Notes: generated from the sequence alone by a model not told the origin. Shown: positions 1 through 16,247, counted from the first letter of the stretch. The stretch is 64,000 nt of DNA from the human T2T-CHM13v2.0 reference genome, Homo sapiens (GCF_009914755.1 NC_060936.1); one strand, 5' to 3'. Translations and numbers: made by a program.

Positions 1-39
1 AGCTCTCAGACCTTCTTTCTTGCTTGCTTTTTGACTTTG

Positions 40-165
40 TTGTTTGAGGATGTGATGTCTGGAGCTGAGGCAGCTATTTTATTAGCATGAAGGGAAACAT
101 GCCATTCATGAGAGCAGAAAAATGAAAAGAGGCTGGGGCCTGAGCGACATCTTTGAGCAGGACCA
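40..165 (+). mobile_element. Old MaLR (MLT1-type) LTR fragment
   Basis: ggagctgaggcagctattt...catga...gaggctggggcctgagcgacatctttgagc resembles the MLT1 core. Confidence 0.4.
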
Positions 166-512
166 AAGGTGCCAGAGAAAACTCAATGTGGAGTGCCCTC
201 AGAGATTATCTGCAAAATAATCAAGACTTTCCATTATATTGATTAACCCCCTTTACATTATTTATGTGAAGACAGCCTCTGTCTGTTGATCTTGTCACAG
301 TATAGTATGCCAGGATCCAGAAGGATGACAGGAGAAGAAAGTCTATTCTGAGAAAACATGGACTTATTTTAAACAATTTCTAAACTTTATCTACAAGCTA
401 GTAAACTTTGGACTTATCAATTGAGGAAAATAACCTCCTCTAACACGCTGTACACATCGTCCTTCAAAGTTTTGGAAGTTTCTTGCTCTAATTAAGTTCT
501 AAGAAAAGTTAC

Positions 513-840
<328 letters not shown>

Positions 841-1966
841 AGCATCATGCTCCCATTATACCTGAGAGTTCAGCTGTGCACAAAATTGTTTTTAAAGACA
901 TGCAAAGGTTTTTAAATTTAGATACAATAGACTTTAGTTTTCCTTTAAATTTTGGTTCGTACTTATAAGTATGAAATTATATCTTCCCTGAGATTATCTA
1001 AAAGTAAGTTTCAGGTTTATACACACATACTAAAATCATGGATTTTACTGTTTAGAGTATCACATTAACAAATAGTTAAGAACTAGTTAGCAAATAAAGA
1101 ACTAGAGAATATATCTAAAATGGATACTCCTTTTTTCTTTTTGTTCTGGCCCTTTTCTGTGAGAATAAAATGAGCATTCCATTTAGCATCCTCCCCTCTT
1201 TTAAAACTACTTTTTATTACTATTAAAGTATGGTAAATGTTCTGCACCATTATTGTGTATCCTTGCATTATATATTGATTTATGGCATATTTAAGTAGCA
1301 ATTATTCTCACTGTTGTGAAGTGCTTGTGCTCTGCTCATTCAACATGCAAAAATTTTAAATTACAGTACATTAAGATGTCAATGATAAAAGGGAACATTC
1401 TAAAAATAAAGTGATTTTTAAGCATATTATAAAATGACTAACTCTTTACCAGCAAGCACATACTCTACATTCCCTTAAATGCTTCTTAGAATCCCTTATG
1501 AAACAAAGAGGACAAAGAGGCATACTAACTATTTTATGTTGGTGGGATCGAGAAATTGCATCTCCTGATTCTTTAGCACTGGTTATCATAGGATTAGACT
1601 TACTTTTCAGGCAAGGGTGAGCCTTGTTATAGCCAAAGATAATCTAATGTACATTTTGTTGATCTTCCTGATGACCTTTCCTTTCTATTTTTAGCTAAAG
1701 CAGCACATTGATTCAATATCTTTAGGCAAGACTCATGGTGATTCTCTGTTCTCATGAATGAAGGAAATGTTAAAAAAAAAAAATACTACTTCTATGTGTC
1801 AATAAAATTAATTTGCCTCTTATTTGCTTCCATTGTAGCCTTGAAAAATTTCTTTGAAGTGCCTGTGTATGAACCAGGAATTTCACTATCATTTTTAGAG
1901 TCTTCTGAAGGCTAATGGATTTGGTAACACACTCCCTTTTCTGTACGGCTTCTGAAAATATTGTTC

Positions 1967-2103
1967 AGCTGTATGTGGTGTCTCACATCTGTAATCCCAG
2001 CAATTTGGCAGGCCAAGGCAAGAGGACTGCTTGAAGCCAAGAGCTCAAGACCAGCCTGGGCAACATAGTGAGACCCTGCCTCTACAAAAATAAATAAATA
2101 AAA
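1967..2103 (+). mobile_element. Free left Alu monomer (FLAM-like)
   Basis: Single left arm with A-rich tail; flanking tgaaaatat repeat. Confidence 0.8.
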
Positions 2104-2339
2104 TTTTTTGAAAAATGAAAATATGGCTTAAAGCAAGTCTGAACCCTGCAGAGCCCAGCTTTCTGAATTGCTTTACTCAGAGATTTGTTAATTTATTATT
2201 TTAGCAAATATTTACTGAGTAATTGTGACGAGATGAATGTTAGAGATACATCAGTGATCAAGAGAAAACTGATTCCCTATTCTTCTGAGTTTCAGCCTGG
2301 AGGAAAGAGGATGAGGATGAGGCAGGGTGTAAGGGAAAG

Positions 2340-2590
2340 AAAATAGCATTAACTGAATGGCCACTCTGTGCTAGCTACTGCATTGTCTGGGTATGATCCC
2401 ATTTAAACCTCACAGAAACCCTATGGGGGAGATTTTTTATAATTATCCACATTTTACAGATAAGAAACTGGGATTTAGAGAAACATGCGACTTGTTCAAG
2501 ACTGCAGAGCTTCAAAGTGGCAGAGCCAGAAATTCAACTCCAGTTTGTCTGAATCCAAACTATATCCGTTTAAACACTACACCAAAATGT
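2340..2590 (-). mobile_element. MIR SINE
   Basis: Core motif cattttacagataagaaactgggatttagag...gtggcagagccagaaattcaactcc. Confidence 0.7.
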
Positions 2591-5449
2591 CTCTCTATTC
2601 TCTCATGGTGAAAACAACGGATAAAAGAAATAAGACTTTATTTTGCTTACTTGAAAATAACATGTTTTCCTTATAGTTGAGTTTAAGCACCTTTTCTACA
2701 CTCGTGGCAATACAATTGAATGTCTTTGGACGTAAATGCTACCCTTTCTCATGCATAGCAGGTGAATTGTCATCTTCAACTAAGCCAACCAGAGAGGCCT
2801 CTTGGAGCAAGATGGCCAAATACAATCCTCCAGCATTTCTCGCCCCCTACCCCAACAGGAAAACCAAATTGAACAACTATCCACACAAGAAACCACCATC
2901 ATAAGTACCAAAAATCAAACGCATGATTGCAGTACCTGGTTTCAATATCTTATCAAGGAAGGAGGCACTGAAGAGGGTAGGAAAGACAGTCTTGAATTGC
3001 CAACACCACTACTCCCTCATCCCTCGGGAGTGCCACTCGGCAAAGAGAGACAGTTCATGTGCCTAGGGGAGGGAGAGGAGAGTGAGTGTGGTACTTTGCA
3101 TTGGAACTCAGTGCTGCCTGTCACAGCAGAAAGCAACACAGGGCAGAATTCAGCTGGTGCTCTGGAGGGAGCATTTAGAGCAGCCCTAGCCAGAGGAAAT
3201 CATCTATCCCAGCAGTCAGAACTTGCTAGCGCCACCATTGCCTGGCAAAGTGCTCTAGCATCCTCAATAATCTTGAAAGGCAGTCTAAGCCATCAGGACT
3301 GCAATAATTGAGCAAGTCCTGGTGCTGTGCTGGGCTTGGAGCCAGCGGACTTGGGGTGCATGCCACTTAGTGAGACATGAGCTGGGGCAGCCAAGGGAGT
3401 GCTTGCATCAATCCCCATCCCCCAATTTCAGGGAGCACATCTCTCAGCTCTGGCAGACACTCCTTCTGCTTGAGGAAAAGAGAGAAGAGAGTAAAGAGGA
3501 CTTTGTCTTGCAACTTGGATACCAGCTCAGCCACAGTAAAATAAAGCACCAAGAAGAGTCCCAAGGCCCTCATTCCAGGCCTTAGCTCCTGGACAACATA
3601 TTCAGACCCACCCTGGGCCAGAAGGGAACCTGCTGCTCTGAAAGGAAAGATCCAGTCCTGGCGGGGTTCATCACCTGCTGAATAAAGAGCCCTTGGGCCT
3701 GAAATAAACAGCAGTAGCCAGGCAATGGTTGCCACAGGCCTCAGCCAAGACCCAGTATCATGCTGGCTTCTGGTATGACCAAGCGCAGTCCCAGTGGTGG
3801 TGCCACAGTGCTTGTGTCACTTCACCCCTAACTCCAGGTAGCTCAACACACACAGAGAGATTCCATTTGTTTGGGGAAAGGTAAAAGAGAACAAAAGACT
3901 CTGACTGGTAATCCAGGGAATTTTCCCAGATATTACCCAGGACCAACAAAGCAGTAGCCCTACGAGTCTGTAAGAATCACAGTGTTACTGGATTTCATTG
4001 CCCCCTAATGCACACATGGCTGCAGTGGGCAAAGACTTAGATCACAGCACTCAATTCCCTTTGAATACTTGGAAAGCTTTCTCAAGAAGGATGGGTGCAA
4101 ACAAGCCCAGACTGTGAAGATTAGAATAAATACCTGGCTCTTCAATGCCCAGACGGTGATGAACATCCACAAGCATCAAGACTGTCCAAGAAAACATGAT
4201 CTCACCACACAAACTAAATAAGGCATCAGTGACTGATCCTGGAATGACAGAGGTATGTGACCTTTCAGACAAAGAATTCAAAATAGCTGTTTTGAGTAAG
4301 TGCAATGAAATTCAAGATAACACAGAAGGAATTCAGAATCCTATCAGGTAAATATAACAAAAGATTGAAACAATTTTTAAAAATCAAGCGAAATTTTGGA
4401 GCTGAAAAATTGAATTAACAAACTGAAGACTGCATCAGTCTCTGAACAGCAGAATGGATCAAGCAGAAGAAAGAATTAGTAAGCTCGAAGACAGGCTATT
4501 TGAAAATACACAGGGAGAGGAGAAAAAAATAAAAAGGAATTAATTTGCCCTCAACAGGGCAAATCTAAGAGTTATTGGCCTTAAAGAGGAGGTAGAGAAA
4601 GAGACTGGGGTAGAAAATTTATTCAAAGAGATAACAGAGAACTTTCCAAACCTAGAGAAAGATATCAATATTCAGTACAAGAAGGTTGTAGAACACCAAA
4701 CAGATTTAACCCAAATAAGACTAACTGAAGACATTTAACAATCAAACTCTCAAAGGTCAAGGAGAAAGAAAGGATCCTAAAAGCATCTCAAAAGAGAAAA
4801 CAAACAAATAACATATGAAGGAGCTTCAATGTATCTGGCAGCAGACTTCTCAGTGGAAATCTTGCAGGCCAGAAGAGAGTGGCATGACACATTTAAAGTG
4901 ATGAAGAAAAAAAAATGTTATCCTAGAATAGGATATCTAGCGAACATATCCTTCAAACACGAAGGAGAACTAGACTTTCCCAGACAAACAAAAGCTGAGG
5001 AATTTCATCAACACCAGACCTGACCTACAAGAAATGTTAAAGGGAGTTCTTTAATCTGAAAGAAAAAGATGTTAATGAGGAATAATAAATCATGAAGGAA
5101 CAAAATTCACTGGTAATAGTAAGTACACAAAATAACACAGAATATTATAACACTGTAATTGTGGTGTATAAACTACTCATATCTTGAGTAGAAAGACTAC
5201 GGGATGAACCTATAAAAATAATAACTACAACTTTTTAAGACATAGACAATATAATAAGATATAAATAGAAACAACAAAAAGTTAAAAAGCAGGGAAGGAT
5301 GAAGTTAAAGTGTAGAGCTTTTATTAGTTTTCTCTTTGCTTGTTAGTTTGTTTTTGCAATCACAGTTAACTTGTCACCAGTGTAAAATAATGGGTTATAA
5401 GATGTTATTTGCAAGCCTCATGGTAACCTCAAATAAGAAAACCTACCAG

Positions 5450-6291
5450 TTTTCCTGCTGGAACCATGGAGGATATCAAAGAGAAGAAGAAGTTTCCTGC
5501 TGTGTTAGAATCCCCTCAAAAAAAAGTGAAGGAATTTTGCAGAGCTGAAGATAAAGCACCTGAGAAAGAAGTTTGCCCAAAAGATGCACTGAAAGGCAAG
5601 GAGGAAGCTCATCTATGAAAAAGCTAAGTACTATCACAAGGAATATAGGCAAATGTACAGAACTGAGATTTGAATGGCTAGGATGACAAGAAAAGCTAGC
5701 AACTTCTATGTTCCTGCAAAGCCCAAATTGGCATTTGTCAGCAGGATTAGAGGTATCAATGGTGTGAGCCCAAAGGTCTGAAAAGCATTGCAGCTTCTTC
5801 ACCTTCTTCATATTTTCAATGGAAGCGTTGCTAAGCTTAACAAGGTTTCAATTAATATGCTGAGGATGGTAGGACCATATATTACCCAAACCTGAAGTCA
5901 GTAAGTGAACAGTAAGGAAGTCAGTAGATGTCAGCAATCTACAAGTGTGGTCATGGCACATTCAATAAGTGGGCTGTCTTGACAGATAACACTTTGATTG
6001 CTTGATATTTTGGTAAATATGGCATCATCTGCATGGAGGATCTGATTCATGAGATCGATGCTATTGGAAAATGCTTCCAAGAAGCAAATAACTTTCTGTG
6101 GCCTTTCAAATTATACTCTCCATGAGCTGGAATGACGAAAAAGACCACCCATTTCATAGAAGGTGGAGATACTGGCCACAGAGAAGACCAGACCAACAAG
6201 TTTATTATAAAGATGAATTAAGGTGACTATCATGCTTATGTTTGTAATCTGATTAGTTAATAAATAATGACTACTTTCAAATTGAAAAAAA
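5450..6291 (+). pseudogene. RPL7: Processed pseudogene of RPL7 (60S ribosomal protein L7); symbol given is the parent gene
   Basis: Intronless; 5'UTR remnant ttttcctgctggaaccATG (5466); decodes to RPL7-like segments ([59 protein letters not shown]) with stops and frameshifts; ATGAATTAA end at 6221; AATAAA 6259-6264; A remnant. Confidence 0.92.
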
Positions 6292-6364
6292 TACTATAAT
6301 AAGTACACAAAAAAATAAAAAACAAGAAATTAAAACATGCCACCAGAGAAAACTGCTTTCACAG

Positions 6365-6425
6365 AAAGGAAGAAGAAAAGAAGGAAGGAAGGGAGGGAGG
6401 GAGGGAGGGAGGGAGGGAGGGAAAG
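6365..6425. repeat. (GGAA)/(GGGA)n purine microsatellite
   Basis: Direct reading. Confidence 0.9.
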
Positions 6426-6785
6426 AAAACCAGAAAGCAAATAACAAAATGGCAGGAGTAAGTCTTATCAATAATAACTTTGACTATAAATGGACTAAAT
6501 TCTCTAATCAAAAGACATACAGTGGATAAATGGTTAAAAAAAAACCAACAAGACCCAATGATCTGTTGCCTATAAGAAACACACTTCACCTATTAAGACA
6601 CACATAGACTGAAAATAAAGGAACAGAAAAAGATATCCCATGTCAGTGGAAACCAAGAAAAGAGCAGGAGTAACTATACTTATATCAGACAAAATAGATT
6701 TCAAGACAAAAACTGTAAGAAGAGACAAAGAGATCACTATATAATGATAAAGGAGTCAATTCAGCAAGAGCATATAACAATTGTA

Positions 6786-6921
6786 AATATATATATATGT
6801 GTATATATATGTGTGTGTATATATATGTGTGTATATATATGTGTGTGTGTATATATGTGTGTGTATATATATATGTATATATATGTGTGTGTGTATATAT
6901 ATATATGTGTGTATATATATA

Positions 6922-6979
<58 letters not shown>

Positions 6980-6980
6980 C
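6786..6980. repeat. Compound (TA)n/(TG)n microsatellite, ~195 bp
   Basis: Direct reading; sits inside L1 ORF2. Confidence 0.95.
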
Positions 6981-7237
6981 ACTCAACACTGGAGCATCCA
7001 GATATATAAAGGAAATATTATGAGCACTAAAGAGAGAGATACATTCCAATACAATAATAGTTGGAGATTTGAACACCTTACTTTCAGCATTGGGTAGATC
7101 ATCCAGACAGAAAATCAACAAATAAACATAGGACTTAATCAGCCCTATAGAACAAATGAACCTAAAATATATTTACAGAACATTTCATCCAATGGATACA
7201 GAATACAAATTCTTCTCCTCAGTACATGGACCATTTT

Positions 7238-7521
7238 CTTTTATTTTGACACAGGGTCTTGCTCTGTTGCCCAAGCTGGAGTGCAACAGCACAATCATAG
7301 CTCACTGCAGCCTCTATCTCCCAGACTCAAGCCATCTTCCCACCTCAGCCTCCCAAGCAGCTGAGACTACAGGTACATGCCACCATGTCCATTATTTTAT
7401 TTTTGTAGACATAGCATCTCACTTTGTTGCCTGGGCTGGTCTCAAACTCCTGGGCTCAAGTGATCTCCTGCCTCAGCCTCCCAAAGTGCTAGAATTGTAG
7501 ATGTGAGCCAGCATGCCTGAC
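7238..7521 (-). mobile_element. Alu (AluJ-like) in L1 ORF2
   Basis: Antisense Alu; degenerate TSD tgga(c/t)catt. Confidence 0.9.
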
Positions 7522-7616
7522 TTGGATCATTCTTAAGGACAGATCATATGTTAGGCCATAAAACAAGTCTTGAAAAATTCAAAAAAACAAGAACAAAAAA
7601 TCCCAGAGAGGCCTCT

Positions 7617-8180
7617 GATACACAGATTAGATACTTACATGCATACCAGATATAAGATACAAGATGTGTGTGTGTGTGTGTTTGTATAATTATCTATAAA
7701 ATGAAAAAAATTGACAATATGTGAACTGGAGATTTCAGCAGATAAATGAAAACTAAAAAAAAAATCAAATGAAATGCTAGAAATAAAAAATACGATATCA
7801 AAGAATTCATTCCATGGGCTTAACAGCAGTCTTGACACAATAATATCAAGGATTGTTAATAGGCCAAAGAAAGGATCACTGAACTTGAAGCCATTTGGGT
7901 CAATAGATAATAGACATTACCAAATTAAAACACAAAAAGGAAAAAAGATTAAAATAAAGACTATAATATCCAAGACTTTTGGAACAATATCGATGCTCTA
8001 AAACATGTAATTGGAGCCCAAGAAGGATAGATGAAGGAGTGTAAGAATTTCCAATGACTTCTCAAAAATTTTGAAAGATATCATCTTATATCAAGAAGCT
8101 TAACCAACCACAGGCAAGACAAACACAAAGAAAACACACATATGTATATTATAGTCAAACTATAATATCTTTAAAGTGTA
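7617..8180 (+). mobile_element. Older L1 (L1MD/ME-type) ORF1 remnant
   Basis: aatcaaatgaaatgctagaaataaaaaatac...aagaattcattccatgggcttaacagcag, typical of ancient L1 ORF1. Confidence 0.6.
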
Positions 8181-8186
8181 GAAAGA

Positions 8187-8542
<356 letters not shown>

Positions 8543-8545
8543 CTA

Positions 8546-8876
<331 letters not shown>

Positions 8877-9046
8877 AACAAAACAAAATAAAGACATTTT
8901 CAAATAAAAAGAGAGAATTTGTTGGCAGTTGACTTAAACTACAAGCAATGCTAAAAGAAATTATTTGGTCTAGAGGGGAATCATATCAGATAAAAGCCAG
9001 ACCATCTATTTATATTTCATATATGCTTATATGTTCATGTAATATA

Positions 9047-9047
9047 C

Positions 9048-9085
<38 letters not shown>

Positions 9086-9113
9086 GATAGATAGATAGAT
9101 AGATAGATAGATG

Positions 9114-9147
<34 letters not shown>
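9047..9147. repeat. Compound (GATA)n tetranucleotide STR followed by (GA)n
   Basis: Three GATA blocks separated by GAT units. Confidence 0.95.
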
Positions 9148-9829
9148 CGCAAGAGAATGAAAGAGAGAGACATAGACTGACAGATAGACTTCTGGAATCT
9201 GCAAGAACTGGCAGAAAAATATTATAGAAAATAAGGTCCCATTTATAAGGGCAAGAAAAAAAACACAAAGTAATTTACAGAATCCTCCCAAGAGTGGTAT
9301 AAAGTCATTATAAATTCAATTTAGGTATCAGCAGGGGTCCCCCTACCCTGGAATACTGAGTTTCAGATATGATTGGCTCAAATTCTCATTCGCAGGCCCT
9401 GAATTTTTGTTCTATTCTCTGCATGATTTTGTGTATTCCTTTATCTCAGCTTGGCACAAGCTGGGTTATAACCCATGCTTTCTGTTCCCTTCTCCCTTCC
9501 GAAATTAATCTTGAATAAAAAACTGTACCAAGTAGCAGAAATTTTACTGATGATTTCAAATAACTGAAAATGAATTGTAGAACATTCTTGTTATAAAAAG
9601 TCTCTTGTTCATTCCACCAAAGTTTTATCACTGTCCACTTCACCCATGTGCCACTCATCCTTCCACCATCACACAAGCTTCTCTTTTGGCTTTACCATCT
9701 TTCTGATTATTTTTTCTCTTCTGTTCTCATTTAAGAAATAAAGCAAACTTTTCTGATGTTCTCATACAGAGCAACTTAGCCTCCCTTCTCATTGCTTTGG
9801 TTCCTGGGAACAGTTTCATCTTCCTCCCA

Positions 9830-9940
9830 GAGTGGCTTCAGTGCATAACTCCAGAGGACTTGTTTACGTTGTAGCCCATGTAAATGGTGCACCAAGCGTT
9901 GTGCAGTGCACAGACTGAACAACACTGTGTAGAGGCCCTA
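9830..9940. mobile_element. MER91-like palindromic hAT MITE remnant
   Basis: tgcataactccagagg...gttgtgcagtgcacagactgaacaac...ggccct resembles MER91 arms. Confidence 0.5.
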
Positions 9941-11947
9941 CCTCTACCTTATTGAGGTATTTTTCTAATCAAAGACTGTTTTGGTCCTAGTTATTATGCG
10001 AATAATCTCTCACTTATATTACATAGAAGATCTACAAAAACTTTTTGGGATATTGAAAAAGACCGAATGAGTGAAAAGCTATAAAGCTATGCTGTACATT
10101 TGGACAGGAAGTCTAATATTATGAAAATGTCTGTTCTTTCCTAATTACTCCTGGATGTCATAAATTCTAATTAAGATGTAAACAGGTTTTTCTATTTCTT
10201 TGGTTTATGACAACAACTTTATAATATATTTGAAAAAATGAATAGGAGAGATAGCAAAAATAAATCTTAAAAAAAGAATATTAAACCCTATAATGAGCAC
10301 TAACACATCTCTTTGTCAGCTATATAGTTATCTTATTAACCTGCTTCCTCTGTCTATCATCTATATATCTACCTACCTGCCTATCTATCTCTTTTTTGTC
10401 TATTTTTATGGACATCTGAAGCATTTTTTTTCTTTCCCTTCCTTCAGGAGAAGGGCATCATCGCCCCCAACACGCATCCCACGTGGTTTTCGTGGAGCTG
10501 CCAATCATAAGACTTCACTCCCTGGCCTAAGAGTGGACTTGCTATATAGGCTGCCCACTCCAAAGTAAACCATACTTTTGATCATAATGATTGGTCCAGG
10601 GATAAGTACATAACAAGTCACTCAGAAAATTTTCCCTGGAAATCTTCAAAATGAAGCTGAGAATATATACTCTTTTTTGGAAAAAATGACTGGGATGATA
10701 TAAGCCCAAGCTGCTGGCAGGTAGGTTTTCTATCAGTGGAAAAAGCCCATCTGTTATAGGAGAGAATGAAGTCAAGCAGAAGTAAGCAAACATGAGAGGG
10801 TGAGAGAGAAAATCCTAGAGATATTGAATCCCAGCTTGAATTTCTGAAGCCCTACAATCTCTTGGGTCTTCTTTAAAGTTCTTTTCCCAATTCTTGAAAC
10901 TTCCCTAATATACTTTTAGTAATATAAACATAGATCTATAGATATGGATATAACTAAAGGGAAAATTCTGTCTCTCTTCTGCTCTCCTCCTCCTATTTAA
11001 TACCCAAAGCAAGAAAGGAAGAGATACCATTCTGATTGGCCAAGATCCCAGACAAGTTTTAGGATTCTCATTTACTGTTGGATGGTTTCACTCTCATCTA
11101 ATGGTAGTGGTTATGGTGTTCATGATAATAGAGGTGATAAGAGTATTGGTATTTGTTATAGTGGCAACAGCAGCAACTCTGCTCCTGAGTGTGCCAGAAG
11201 GTGCTTAGATATACTGAAGTTTCTTTAGGTATTAAAGTCTTCTGGGCTTGAAGTGGGGCTCATGGCTCAGGAAAGAAGATGGTATAGAATTGGTAGGGAA
11301 TAATATATTCTGAGCAGGCAAATGACATGAGTTATTTTATGCAAACTCTCCAAAGTCCTCCTCAACCAGGAATAATAGAATTCCCTCTCTTTGGAGGAAA
11401 TCTAGAGGCACCCCATCTTGGCTTTGAGTTATGTGAATTCTACAGTTACGTATTTCTCTAGGTTATCCTATGTTAGCCAAGTATATAAGGCCCCGCTCAG
11501 TGTACCATACATTGAGACAGCTCAAGATTCCCATTCTTATTCTCCCCAGCATGGTTTTCTGCTATTCCCTCTGATTCATGTCACCTGAATATTTTATCCT
11601 CTCCCTTCATTTAGGGAGTTTGTACAAGTCTCTAAGGAGTCTTTCTTCTGTCACTCATCTATTGATCCATCCATTTAACCAAATCTGTATTTAATAAGAA
11701 CCTACTATGTGGCAATCACTGCAATAATTGTATCCCAGGAGCTTTTAGCTTGGTAGGAAGACAGACATGGAAACCAACAACTGCTATACCCAGTTATTTG
11801 CAGGGCCTTGATATGGTTGGTCCAGAGATCCTTCCTCAGTTATCTCAGCATTTCCAGCATCTTCTTTCCTGTGTTCTGTATCCAATACCCTTTTAGGGAT
11901 ATAGCAGAGGACACTTAGTTTATTCTTCTAGTCATAGGCAAAATCTA

Positions 11948-13102
<1,155 letters not shown>

Positions 13103-13407
13103 ACTTATACTCCCCTTATTTCCCTGCTTCCAATGCAGGAGAAGTACAACTGCCCCCACTATAACACGTAATGTTTTCCTCTGTACACACAGCATACATA
13201 GTACCAAGACCCCTGTCCATTACTCCAAATGACCCAGCTTTCTGTAGGGCAGAGACAGGAAGTGGGGAAAATTCCATAGCCCTGGCCCTGCAAAATAGCT
13301 TCTACTGTCCTTTCAAAGATGGCAATAGAAGAACAATAGGAGAATATATGGAATTGGAGACAAGGTATAGAAGTAGCTTCACTGTTGGCTTTTAAAAATA
13401 AATTTCA

Positions 13408-13713
13408 GGCTGGGCTCGGTAGCTCACGCCTGTAATCCCAGTACTGTGAGAGGCCAAGGCAGGTTTATCGCCTCAACTCAGGAGTTCGAGACCAGCTTGG
13501 ACAACATGGCAAAACTCCGTCTCTACTAAAAATACAAAAAAAGAAAAAGAAAAAATGGCTGGGCATGGTGCCGCATGCCTGTAGTCCCAGCTACTGGGGA
13601 GGCTGAGGTGGGAGGATTGCTTCAGCCCAGTAGGAGAGAGAGGTTTCAGTTAGCCGAGATTGTGCTACTAGCCTGGGTGACAGAGTGAGATCCTGTCTCA
13701 AGAAAAAAAAAAA
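13408..13713 (+). mobile_element. Alu (AluJ-like) followed by (CA)n 13724-13751
   Basis: Alu consensus. Confidence 0.9.
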
Positions 13714-13724
13714 TAGATATACGT

Positions 13725-13757
<33 letters not shown>

Positions 13758-13868
13758 ATCACATACGGTAAACCTTATCTCATAATATAAAACTGAGTTT
13801 AGTAGTTCATTTACATTACTACTTGTATTATCTATATAGATAAAAAGTGACCAAGCTTTACATTTCAC

Positions 13869-14158
<290 letters not shown>

Positions 14159-14520
14159 TAAATTTCACTTTTCTAGACTTTTATCTGTGCTACTTTTGTA
14201 CCTCAATTCATTGTCATCTTAAAATACCACCCACAGTGACATGTAAGCTTTAATTACCAGTTAATTTTACAGTAGAGTTTAATTGTATTTTAGATTGTTT
14301 TACAGATTGTGTAGTAATGCAAAATTGTGACTGAATTAAAAATATTTTATTATAAAAGTAGTGTATGTTTGTATAAATAGAAATAGTTGAGAATAAAAAG
14401 AAATTGTCCTGTTTTTTTTCTTCTCATTTAAATTCCACTCCCAGGAGTCACAACAATTTCATATGTATCATTACAGATGTTTAGGCATGTACAATATTTC
14501 CCCACAAATTGACTTATGGT

Positions 14521-14551
<31 letters not shown>

Positions 14552-15096
14552 CTTGTAACTAGCATTCTCTACTTAACAATCTGTTGATGCCAAGTAGATA
14601 TTTCACAGTATGAAACACTGTAATATATTTCATTGTCTCTGGACTACAATTAAAATGATTTTAGATTTTCACTATTACAAATACTGCTATAATAAATAAC
14701 TTTGTAATATATGTTCTTGCATGCTTATGTGATATATCTGTACGGTAAATTTATAGAAATGGAATTGCTGGGTCAAAGAGCAGGTGTATTTGAAATTTGG
14801 ATAAATACTATGAGAATGCCATCCAAAATGCTTGTGCCAACCTGTGCTCTTACCAGCAGCATGTGTCGGAGAGTGTTTTTAATCTTTGCCAATCTGGCAG
14901 TAAAACATGACATAACATTGTTATTTTAATATGTTTTTATTTAATCAAAAATGTGATCTAGCACTTTATCAGATATTTATTAACCATTCATTTTTTTTCT
15001 GAACTGTATTTTTTTTCTGGCTGGATTTTTTTGTATTGCAGATAATTTCCAAGAAAGAATATATATAATTTTGAATTTGACATTACAATGCCTGTA

Positions 15097-15728
<632 letters not shown>

Positions 15729-16247
15729 TAAGTTTAGAACTAGATTGTTGCCAAGTTCAAATATAATGAAAAAGTGATTTTTGATATGAGAAAAGATATT
15801 CAGTTCATCTGGGTCCCCATGGAGCCTCCCCTTTTCCACAATGCAAAGTGGCAGTCTACTTGCATCTGCATTGTCATTCTTAAAACCCAGAACTAGAGTC
15901 TCAGAGATTGGCATCCTCTTTAAACTCACATTATCTTTCTTTTGTTATATTTATTTTATTTTATTTTTCCATTAAGTTATTAGGGTACAGGTGGTATTTG
16001 GTTACATGAGTAAGTTCTTTAGTGGTGATTTGTGAGATTATGGGGTACCCATCACCCAAGCAGTATACACTGCACCATATTTGAGTCTTTTATCCCTAGC
16101 CTCCCACCCACTCTTCCCCCCTAGCCCCCAAAGTCCATTGTATCATTCTTATGCCTTTGCATCCTCATAACTTATATCCCCCACATATCAGTGAGAACAT
16201 AGAGTGTTTGGTTTTCCAATCCTGAGTTACATCACTTAGAATAATAG

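Larger units (their letters stand above)
2803..7602 (+). mobile_element. Old L1 (L1M/L1MA-type): 5'UTR, decayed ORF1, inter-ORF and start of ORF2 only; interrupted by the RPL7 pseudogene, a microsatellite and an Alu
   Basis: Begins ggagcaagatggcc; ORF1 remnants (LAADFSVEILQARREWHD); ORF2 endonuclease start atggcaggagtaagt ~6449; bounded by exact repeat CCAGAGAGGCCTCT (2789-2802, 7603-7616). Confidence 0.88.

Noticed and set aside
6685-7121. Cluster of YI/HT/VC-rich ORFs
   Set aside because: Translation artefacts of the (TA)/(TG) microsatellite
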